A DNA stretch of 64,000 nt from Guillardia theta CCMP2712 (lineage: Eukaryota; Protista; Cryptophyta), in NCBI RefSeq assembly GCF_000315625.1, contig NW_005434630.1, positions 1-64,000 of the forward strand, read 5' to 3'. Below are positions 1-9,120 of the stretch, piece after piece; within the stretch, counting starts at the first letter, position 1; each line of letters opens with the position of its first letter. The translations under genes were made by a program, and so were the position numbers. A model generated the notes under the pieces. It was given only the letters and a program-made list of their open reading frames with translations, did not search any database and had not been told where the DNA came from.

Positions 1-993
1 TTTGTTTCCCTTGCTTGGCCATTTCCTTTGCCTCTTGGATGTTTCTATGAGATTCTTTTGCTAGTTGGAGTCGGATCCTGATTCCCCTCCCTTCGAGTTT
101 CTTCATGCAAGTGAGTAACCGATCATGTAAGTCCTCCAGCAGTTCGTCTTCGTATCGCATGGTATCCATTCGCAACGTATTTGTCATAAAGCGGTGGAAA
201 CGTGTGGACTGGTACAGTATTGTGACTTGANNNNNNNNNNNNNNNNNNNNNNNNNNNNNNNNNNNNNNNNNNNNNNNNNNNNNNNNNNNNNNNNNNNNNN
301 NNNNNNNNNNNNNNNNNNNNNNNNNNNNNNNNNNNNNNNNNNNNNNNNNNNNNNNNNNNNNNNNNNNNNNNNNNNNNNNNNNNNNNNNNNNNNNNNNNNN
401 NNNNNNNNNNNNNNNNNNNNNNNNNNNNNNNNNNNNNNNNNNNNNNNNNNNNNNNNNNNNNNNNNNNNNNNNNNNNNNNNNNNNNNNNNNNNNNNNNNNN
501 NNNNNNNNNNNNNNNNNNNNNNNNNNNNNNNNNNNNNNNNNNNNNNNNNNNNNNGTGTGCCTAACTAGTATCCATAACTCCTCTGCAGTCTTCGTCAATC
601 CCCTATTCCCTGTTTGCCAGAAGTTTGCTGCATAGGCTATTTGAGCGCCTTTCGGGACCCGGCTGATAATTTCAAAACCTTCTGGTATCTCATCAATGTT
701 ATTCTTCCATCCTATCAGAATGACATGTATTGTATCCAGGATTTGTTCACGAAATCTCTTTTGTTTGTCCGTCCAAACCACCACTCTGTGCAGTTCCCTT
801 GCTCTCTTCTTGTCCAGAGCCTGGGGATGTGTGTGTAGGGTAGGCCAGTTACGAAATGTACTGATGTCGCATGCTGTAATTTCCGCTAGATGTTGTAAAA
901 ACTCGTATGCCAATGGTTGTGTTGTTTCTTGGCGAACCTCTGATACTACCTCCTCGAGTTGTTGCCACCATGCTGTAGCATCTGTTTCGCCGT
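1..993 (-). mobile_element. Distal array segment 0: 5'-truncated long-ORF fragment, probably part of the pol/ORF2 of the telomeric non-LTR element (interrupted by N-gap 231-554)
   Basis: Manual minus-strand translation from the telomere tract at 994 down to the gap has no stop for ~146 codons (DGETDATAWWQQLEEVV...YAANFWQTGNRGLTKTAEELWILVRH). It has no start codon, so the ORF track misses it. It starts abruptly at the telomere repeat and is visibly less GC-rich than ORF1, like the RLE fragment at 7783-8091. No RT motif is visible. Confidence 0.5.
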
Positions 994-1024
994 CTAAACC
1001 CTAAACCCTAAAACCCTAAACCCT
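994..1024 (+). repeat. Telomeric repeat tract (CCCTAAA)n, one variant unit CCCTAAAA
   Basis: ctaaaccctaaaccctaaaaccctaaaccct. Confidence 0.95.
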
Positions 1025-1047
1025 AGTAGTAGTAGTAGTAGTAGTAG
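1024..1047 (-). repeat. (TAG)8 / (CTA)8 microsatellite, probable 3' tail of element copy 1
   Basis: Eight perfect TAG units fused to the telomere tract. AATAAA on the minus strand (tttatt at 1053-1058) lies 5 nt upstream of the tail. Confidence 0.85.
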
Positions 1048-3610
1048 TTGAGTTTATTAGAATGCTAGGTAGGTTGCATGGCTTGTTTTCACCTTGCTCT
1101 ATTCTAGTCTAACAGGGATCTCGTGACCTGGCAGTTCGGCCCGACTTGGCTGGCCCCTATGGCAGCCGTGCTTCTGCTCTGCTCCCTCCTCTGATATACT
1201 TCAGTGGTCTTCCCCGGCCTCAGCCAGTGGCGTTTTCTCCGCCGGCCTTGGCCTGGGACGTCCGTGCTTTACTTGTGTTGCTTTCTCGGCTCCGACACAC
1301 CTTTGCGGTCTCGGCCGGCCTTCGGCCAGTGAGTGGCTGATGGATGAGGTGGCAAGTGGGTTGTGGATGGGTCCCTGGGACTCACGTCCCTTAACCCGGG
1401 CCTCGGTCCGGACCGGGCCCGAGAGCCCGGCCGGCCTTCGCCCGGCCTCCCCCTCCCCCACCGGCTTACCTGCCCTTACCTTCGTTGCTTGCCCCATGTC
1501 CACTCTTGTCCACCTCTAAGACTTGACTCGAGCCTCAAGCGCGCGAGAGGCCTGCGCCAGCCTCCTCCTCCACGCCCTCGCCCTCCTCAGCCTCCATGTC
1601 GACTTCCTCCCTCATCATCAGCCGCAGTCGGTCTTGCTTGTCGACCTTTCCCGTGCAGCTCAACCCATGGTGCTCAGCAAATTTACTGATCGCAAGAAAC
1701 AAGAGGCTCTCCTGCTCGAGCGCATCAGTCGCTGCTGCCCTTGGAGAGAAGGCGCTGCCCCTCCTCGCTGCCTTGTTCCCTTGCACCCGTGTCCAGCGCT
1801 GCTCGCCGAGGTATGCTCTGAGCTTTTCTTTCAACATGTTTCGCTTCGATCCCAACGTCGGCGTGGCTGCCCAAGCTCCGAGCGTCATGAACTCTACGTT
1901 GCCCGGCGAGCAGAAGGTGTCATGCAGCTTGCCAACACTCTTGTCTAGCTCCAGGGAGATCGGCTTGCCAGCTAGCAGCTCCTCCTCTGATGTCTCCAAG
2001 AGCATCGTCGAGAGGTCGAGCAAGACCTGTTGATCGACTGGCCCTGACGGCGACGCTGCTTCCATGGTGATCCTGTCGATGTCGCTGAGCTCCAGCCATC
2101 CAGCGCCTTGCTGCTGCCCTTGGGGCTCTTGGGCTTGCTCCTCGCTGCTCGGGCTCCTCTCCTCCTCATGCTGAGAGCTGAGCTTAAAACCCACCGCCTC
2201 CAGCTTGACTTCTAGGATCCCTTCCAAGTAGAAGGGCATGTCGTCAATCAAGCGTCGAGCCTCTGCCTTGGTCGCCAGGGAGAGAGCTATCGAGCTTCCG
2301 TCTAGACCTCGACGCTGACCGGCGTCACGCCTATCCTTCTTGCTAACTCCAACATGGCTCGCTTGACTCTCGTGATCGATGTGTTACCTCCTCCGCACAG
2401 CGCTTCCATCTCCTTCCTCGAGAAGCGGCCTGTGCTCATGCTTGACCTCGACTTGATCTGTACTCTAAAGCTGCTGCGCCCCGCATGATCTCTCTCGCGA
2501 AGTGCCCTCCTTTGCTTAGCAATCTTTCCCCTAGGAACGAAGGTGTCGGCTGTGAGCTCGACTGCAAACGTCTCTCTGAGCTTTTTGCACCCCCTCCATC
2601 GCCTCGCTGTCTCTGAACGAGGCCAAGGTCTGCTCGCAGCTTGCCGTCGAAGGCGAGCTCAGCACCCACTCCAGCTCTTTTTGCTGGAGAGTGCCCGTAC
2701 TTGCCCTACGTCTTCGGGCTCGGCCCCTTGCGACCTCTCTGCCCAGGACCCTGCACGAGCATGCCCGCAAGCGGTTGTACCTCTGCGGCTGCAAGAGATT
2801 GCGAGAGCAGCTGAAATCGATAAATTTGAGCGATCTCGGCCGTCGACATTCCTCCGAGAGCTAAGAGCTGCGATAGCTCGGCAAGGCTCCCTCCCTTGCC
2901 CCAAGGTCCTCGCTTGGCTCGCGATGGCGTATTCTCTCCTGCCTTCCCATAGCTCCATGGCTGCTTCATTCCGAAGGAAGGAGACGGTGACTGAGATGTC
3001 GTCTGCTCGTGCTATCTCAGGTCTGTAAGGTGCTTTCCACATGATGGCCTTGTCGACTCCATCGACTGAGTCTACTATGAGACCCAGTTCCATAAGCTTC
3101 GATTGAACATACATCGAGGAGATGCCCAGGAGAGTCATGGAGATGAAGGAGGTCCCCTCGGTGCCTTCTGTGCCGATGTATGTCTCGACATTCTGCTTCT
3201 TGGCCTCCTCCATCTGTTGTATAAACCATGCTCTCGACTCTGAGCTCCATGCGCTCAGAGAGTCTTCAAACAGGTCGCGTCTCGCCTGCCGACATGTCGA
3301 GCGGATGGCTTCTGCGATAGCGTCGGGAGTGCATCCCCCCTCAGCTCTGCAAGCATGAGCTGTCCTACTACCAGGATACCGCTTCGCGAAGTTCCTCACC
3401 CTCTCGACGAGGTCGGCGGCCTCCTCGACGTGGCCTCCAGAGCGCTCGCCCTGCATGTATTGGCATGATCTCCGATACAGCAGGTTGCGAACGCTCTCAT
3501 CATAGTAGTCGCAGACGCACTGCGATTGGAGCACGGAGCCTGCCTTCCTCCGGTCCCCTTGCGCTCTCCCTACGCGCCGCAGAGCAGCATGCCTCTGTCA
3601 GGGGCCCGGT
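1024..3610 (-). mobile_element. Telomeric retroelement copy 1 (~2.6 kb; disrupted ORF1-like gene plus 3' UTR and tail; no RT)
   Basis: Telomere tracts on both sides. ORF pieces 2659..3534(-) and 1535..2251(-) are homologous to copies 2 and 3. It has several small deletions relative to those copies and ends in AATAAA-(CTA)8. Confidence 0.8.
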
Positions 3611-3632
3611 CCTAAACCCTAAACCCTAAACC
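3611..3632 (+). repeat. Interstitial telomeric tract, about three CCCTAAA units
   Basis: cctaaaccctaaaccctaaacc between copies 1 and 2. Confidence 0.95.
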
Positions 3633-6120
3633 TGGGACTCACGTCCCTTCCCCCGGGCCTCGGTCACGACCGGGCCCGAAAGCCCGGCCGGTCGCCGCCC
3701 GGCCTCCTCCCCCCCCGCCCCCCCCTCCCCCCTCCCCCACCGGCTTACCTGCCTTACCTTCGTTGCTTGCCCCGTGTCCACCTCATTTATTTCTTCCTCC
3801 TTCCCCCCTTGGGGCCCACAGCTCCGCTCCGCCTCTTGTCCACCTCTAAGACTCACGCGCGCGAGAGGCCTGCGCCAGCCTCCTCCTCCACGCCCTCGCC
3901 CTCCTCAGCCTCCATGTCACTTCTTCTTAAGCATCAGCGCAGTCGGTCTCGCTTNNNNNNNNNNNNNNNNNNNNNNNNNNNNNNNNNNNNNNNNNNNNNN
4001 NNNNNNNNNNNNNNNNNNNNNNNNNNNNNNNNNNNNNNNNNNNNNNNNNNNNNNGCAAATTTACTGATCGCAAGAAACAAGAGGCTCACAGATCGACTCT
4101 CGATGTCATCGCTCTCAGCCTCCTGCTCGAGCGCATCAGTTGCTGCTGCTCTTGGAGAGAAAGCGCTGCCCCTCCTCGCTGCTTGCTTCTGCTTCTTGTT
4201 CCCCTGTACCTGAGTCCAGCGCTGCTTGCCCAGGTACGCTCTGAGCTTTTCTTTCAAAATGTTGCGCTTCGATCCCAACGACGGCGTGGCTGCCCAAGCT
4301 CCGAGCGTCATGAACTCCACGTTGCCCGGCGAGTAGAAGGTGTCATGCAGCTTGCCGACACTCTTGTCTAGCTCCAGCGAGATCGGCTTGCCAGCAAGTA
4401 GATCCTCCTCTGACGTCTCCAGGAGCATCGTCGAGAGGTCGACCAAGACCTGCTGGTCGACTGGCCCTGACGGCGAGGCCGCCTCCAGAGTGATCCTGTC
4501 GATGTCGCTGAGCTCCAGCCATCCAGCGCCTTGCTGCTCCGCCTGTGGCTCCTGAGCTTGCTCCTCGCTCTCCTCTTCATCCTGAGAGCTCCACTTGAAA
4601 CCCACAGCTTCCAGCTTGACTTCCAGGGTCCCTTCCAAGTAGAAGGGCATGTCGTCCATCAGACGTCGAGCCTCTGCCTTGGTCGCCAGGGAGAGAGTTA
4701 TCAGGCTCCCATCCCAGCTCAGCGTGTCTCGATCTTCTTGAACCTCAATGCTGGCAAGCTTGAGGTCCATTCTTCTTGCTAATTCCAACATGGCTCGCTT
4801 GACTCGCGTGGTCGATGTGTTACCTCCTCCGCACAGTGCTTCCATCTCCTTCCTCGAGAAGCGGCCTGTGCTCATGCTTGACCTCGACTTGATCTGCACC
4901 CTGAAACTGCCGCTTGGAGCCTGCTCCCTGTCGCGAAGTACCTTCCTCTGCTTGGCGATCTTTCCTCTCGGCACGAAGGTGTCTGCTGTGAGCTCGACTG
5001 CAAACGTCTCTCTGAGCTTGGCGTCGTCGCTGACGAGAGTCAGGTGCACCCCCTCCATCGCCTCGCTCTCTCTGAACGAGGCCAACGTCTGCTCGCAGCT
5101 GGCCGTCGATGGGCAGGATAGTACCCACTCGAGCTCTCTCTGCTGCTTGCTCCAACAGCGACATACGTCTTCGGGCTCGGCCCCTTGCGACCTCTCTGCC
5201 CAGCACCCTGCACGAGCATGCCCGCCAGCGGTTGTACCTCTGCTGCGGCGAGACATTGCGAGATCAGTTGGAATTGATAGATCCGAGCTATGTCCGCCGT
5301 CGACATTCCTCCAAGAGCTAGGAGCTGCGATAGCTCGGCAAGGCTCCCTCCCTTGCCCCAAGGTCCTCGCTTGGCTCGGAGCTTGAACGACCGGTCGTGT
5401 GCAATGCTGACTTCAGTTGCTCTGAAAATTCGCCCGTCGATGCTGTACTCTCTGCTGCCTTGCCAGAGTGCGATGGCTTCTTCATTCCGAAGGAAGGAGA
5501 TGGTGACTGAGATGTCTTTCCACATGATGGCCTTGTCGTCTCTATCGACTGAGTCTACTATGAGTCCCAGCTCCGTCAACTTCATTTTCAATTTGTCTTC
5601 TTGTCGCACATACATCGAGAGATGCCCAGGAGAGTCATGGAGATGAAGGAGGTCTCCTCGGTGTCTTCGGTGCCGATGTAAGTCTCGACATTCTGCTGTT
5701 TGGCCTCTTTCATCTGTTGCATGAACCATGCTTTCGACTCTGGGCTCCATGCGCTCAGAGAGTCTTCAAACAGGTCGCGTCTCGCCTGCCGACATGTCGA
5801 GCGGATGGCTTCTGCGATAGCGTCGGGAGTGCATCCCCCCTCAGCTCTGCAAGCATGAGCTGTCCGACTATTCGGATAACGCTTGGTGAAGCTCTTCACC
5901 TTCTCGACGAGGTCGGCGGCCTCCTCGACGTGGCCTCCTGAGCGCTCACCCTGCGTGTATTGGCATGATCTCCGATACAGCAGGTTGCGAACGCTCTCAT
6001 CATACTGTAGTACCATACTTAGAAAGCTGTTTGAACTGCACAAACCTCTTGCTCGCAGCTTCCTCCGGTGCCCTTGCGCTCTCCCTACGCGCCACAGAGC
6101 AGCATGCCTCTGTCAACGGG
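3633..6120 (-). mobile_element. Telomeric retroelement copy 2 (ORF1-like, frameshifted; distal end truncated and capped by telomere repeats)
   Basis: ORF pieces 5588..6043, 5040..5750 and 3934..5361 (all -) are colinear with copy 1. The right end (gagcagcatgcctctgtca) matches copy 1. The left end starts at tgggactcacgtccctt, an internal position (~1376) of copy 1. Confidence 0.8.
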
Positions 6121-6131
6121 CCCTAAACCCC
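6121..6131 (+). repeat. Short interstitial telomeric tract
   Basis: ccctaaacccc exactly at the copy 2 / copy 3 boundary. Confidence 0.8.
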
Positions 6132-7782
6132 AGGGATCTGGGATGGGTCTGGTATCATTCTCCGGCTACGCAGTGAAAGTAGTGCAAGAAAGATGATGGC
6201 TGAATTCCCCACACACCTTCTCTGCTGGCAAGGCACAGTTGAGAGCCTTCGGCCAGTGAGTGGATGATGGATGGGGTGGTAAGTGGGTTGTGGATGGGTC
6301 CCTGGGACTCACGTCCCTTCCCCCGGGCCTCGGTCCGGACCGGGCCCGAGAGCCCGGCCTCCTCCCCCCGCCTCCCCCTCCCCCCTCCCCCACCGGCTTA
6401 CCTGCCCTTACCTTCGTTGCTTGCCCCATGTCCACCTCATTTATTTCTTCCTCCTTCCNNNNNNNNNNNNNNNNNNNNNNNNNNNNNNNNNNNNNNNNNN
6501 NNNNNNNNNNNNNNNNNNNNNNNNNNNNNNNNNNNNNNNNNNNNNNNNNNNNNNNNNNTGCGCCAGCCTCCTCCGCAAAGCGTTTCACATTTGGCTCAGC
6601 CTCCATGTCGACTTCCTCCCTCATCATCAGCCGCAGTCGGTCTTGCTTGTCGACCTTGCCCGTGCAGCTCAACCCATGGTGCTCAGCAAATTTACTGATC
6701 GCAAGAAACAAGAGGCTTACAGATCGACTCTCGATGTCATCGCTCTCAGCCTCCTGCTCGAGCGCATCAGTCGCTGCTGCCCTTGGAGAGAAGGCGCTGC
6801 CCCTCCTCGCTGCTTGCGTGACCTTCTTGTTCCCTTGCACCCGTGTCCAGCGCTGCTCGCCGAGGTATGCTCTGAGCTTTTCTTTCAACATGTTTCGCTT
6901 CGATCCCAGCGTCGGCGTGGCTGCCCAAGCTCCGAGCGTCATGAACTCTACGTTGCCCGGCGAGCAGAAGGTGTCATGCAGCTTGCCAACACTCTTGTCT
7001 AGCTCCAGGGAGATCGGCTTGCCAGCTAGCAGCTCCTCCTCTGATGTCTCCAAGAGCATCGTCGAGAGGTCGAGCAACACCTGTTGATCGACTGGCCCTG
7101 ACGGTGACGCTGCTTCCATGGTGATCCTGTCGATGTCGCTGAGCTCCAGCCATCCAGCTCCTTGCTGCTGCCCTTGGGGGTCCTGAGCTTGCTCCTCGCT
7201 CTCCTCTTCCTCCTGAGAGCTGACCGTGGGTTTGAACCCCACCGCCTCCAGCTTGACTTCCAGGATCCCTTCCAAGTAGAAGGGCATGTCTTCCATCAAG
7301 CGTCGAGCCTCTGCCTTGGTCGCCAGGGAGAGAGCTATCAGGCTCCCATCCCAGCTGAGCGTGTCACGATCTTCCTAGACCTCGACGCTGACCAGCTTGA
7401 GGTTCATTCTTCTTGCTAACTCCAACATGGCTCGCTTGACTCTCGTGATCGATGTGTTACCTCCTCCGCACAGCGCTTCCATCTCCTTCCTCGAGAAGCG
7501 GCCTGTGCTCATGCTTGACCTCGACTTGATCTGTACTCTAAAGCTGCTGCGCCCCGCATGATCTCTCTCGCGAAGTACCTTCCTCTGCTTGGCGATCTTT
7601 CCCCTAGGAACGAAGGTGTCGGCTGTGAGCTCGACTGCAAACGTCTCTCTGAGCTTGGCGTCGTCGCTGATGAGAGTGAGATGCACCCCCTCCATCGCCT
7701 CACGAGGCCAAGGTCTGCTCGCAACTAGCCGTCGAAGGCGAGCTCAGCACCCACTCCAGCTCTTTTTGCTGGAGAGTGCCCG
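6132..7782 (-). mobile_element. Telomeric retroelement copy 3 (C-terminal part of the ORF1-like gene)
   Basis: 6245-7782 aligns by eye with 1318-2697 of copy 1. ORF pieces 7375..7695 and 6166..7299 (-) share GAGWLELSDIDRITMEAASPSGPVDQQVLLDLSTMLLE. Confidence 0.8.
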
Positions 7783-8091
7783 GGCCTCTCCATGATCGAT
7801 CCTTTCACTCCTGCTATGAATGTTGCTTGTTCCACTTCATGGTCAGGTAGCAAAGCTGTGATTTCTGCTCGCAGGGGGGCATATTTCTCTTCCTTTTCCT
7901 GAAATTTCTTCTTCAGGCATTCCAGACTTGTTTGCTCGACTCCGTCATATTCCGATGTCCTTGCAAATTCGATGAGGACAATGCGTTTGATGCTTGCAAA
8001 GTAGCAGCAACCGTCTGGTATCCATTGCCCTTCTTGGTGCATTGAAGTCCCCATCGCTTCCATCGGGGATTCCCACCATGTATCGGACCTG
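7783..8091 (-). pseudogene. Restriction-like endonuclease (RLE) domain fragment of a non-LTR retrotransposon
   Basis: ORF 7725..8063(-) reads IPDG...IVLIEFARTSE...KKKFQEKEEKYAPL...EVEQATFIAGVKGSI. This matches the PD-(D/E)...KxxKY...GxxG layout of RLE domains in R2/R4/CRE/RandI-type LINEs. Confidence 0.75.
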
Positions 8092-8117
8092 TAACCTAAG
8101 CCCTAAACCCTAAACCC
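8092..8117 (+). repeat. Most proximal telomeric tract (partly degenerate)
   Basis: taacctaagccctaaaccctaaaccc. Confidence 0.9.
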
Positions 8118-8196
8118 CCCCGCGTCACGGCCTGTGGTTCGCACGGGTTGGTATGGATACTTAGGTGTCAATGATCCTTCCGCAGGTTCACCTCAG

Positions 8197-8244
<48 letters not shown>

Positions 8245-8311
8245 ATCAACTTCTCGCAACCACTCACCTTGCGGCAAATGGCCAGCAATCCGAAGATTTC
8301 ACCGGACCATT
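8118..8311 (-). pseudogene. 18S rRNA 3'-terminal fragment (~8169-8311) plus probable start of ITS1 (8118-8168)
   Basis: Reverse complement of the universal SSU 3' end: aatgatccttccgcaggttcacct[cagt]acggaaaccttgttacgacttctccttcctctaaatgataagg...tcaccggaccatt. Only ~140 nt are present, with a 4-nt insertion in an invariant segment. Confidence 0.92.
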
Positions 8312-8867
8312 TGCTCAAGACCGAGTTTAATGCACACGAAACCAGAATTGAGGAGCACATGAGAGATAGACTCAGTATATACTAGGATGTGAAACCCAAG
8401 CATCCAGACATGAGAGTACCTTAGCAAGACGGCTAGGAAAGCCCCCCGAGTCTTCGTCCAGACGGAGCACAAGTTTGTTAGACTTGTACTATGCCAAAGT
8501 CACGCAGATCATAGTATCTGTTAGGATATGCTCCTAAACTGTGATTCAAATAACAGTGCGAGTGATGCGCAGCAGTTCCTTCAAGAAACAAACAGTATCT
8601 ACGATTCATAAACCATGCACGTGAAGTTTATTCTTTCTCAATTTTCCTTAAATATAGAGGATTAGCTAAACTAGGAATCTGCCTCAGATACCTCAAAATA
8701 ACCGAGTAAGTAAAGTTAGCACAATAAATCCTATCAGTATCACATCGACCTTAGTTGTAACAAGACAGTTTTTGCTCAAGACCGAGTTTAATGCACACGA
8801 AACCAGAATTGAGGAGCACAGCATCCAGACATGAGAGTACCTTAGCAAGACGGCTAGGAAAGCCCCC
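8310..8867. repeat. Pair of ~97-nt direct repeats (8310-8446 with a 40-nt insert at 8360-8399; 8771-8867)
   Basis: tttgctcaagaccgagtttaatgcacacgaaaccagaattgaggagcaca plus gcatccagacatgagagtaccttagcaagacggctaggaaagccccc occurs twice. Confidence 0.9.
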
Positions 8868-9120
8868 TCCTCGTCCCACACGCTACATGCCGCCTTGAAA
8901 CACGTAAGTCGTCTTGGTTTACAGGAGAGTTTTTGTTAACTCGGCGCTATCTGACTGGCACGGCTGGCATACGATCCATCATACGTCCTGTACTAACGAG
9001 CCGGAGCACTGCCACCAGTGTGTGAGCGGAGCCTGACTCTCGACCAACACGTGGACGTAGGACAGAGACGGGGAGTGGCTCGTAGGTTTGTAAAACTTCC
9101 AGAACACACTCTCCTGTGAG

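Noticed and set aside
194-568. 124-aa ORF in the track
   Set aside because: It is almost entirely the N-gap translated as X.
1146-7795. Numerous + strand ORFs over the telomeric elements
   Set aside because: These are antisense shadows of a GC-rich minus-strand ORF. The conserved, protein-like translation across all three copies is on the minus strand.
1024-8117. Hammerhead ribozyme / Penelope-like (Athena) assignment
   Set aside because: By eye I found no CUGANGA...GAAA core with proper stems at the termini and no PLE RT. The RLE motif and AATAAA-(CTA)n tail favour a LINE. Not excluded without an Infernal search.
8169-8311. Functional rDNA unit or nucleomorph-type subtelomeric rDNA
   Set aside because: Only ~140 nt of 18S are present, with an insertion in an invariant region and no 5.8S or LSU. 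The GC content, TEs and intron-rich genes are unlike a nucleomorph chromosome.
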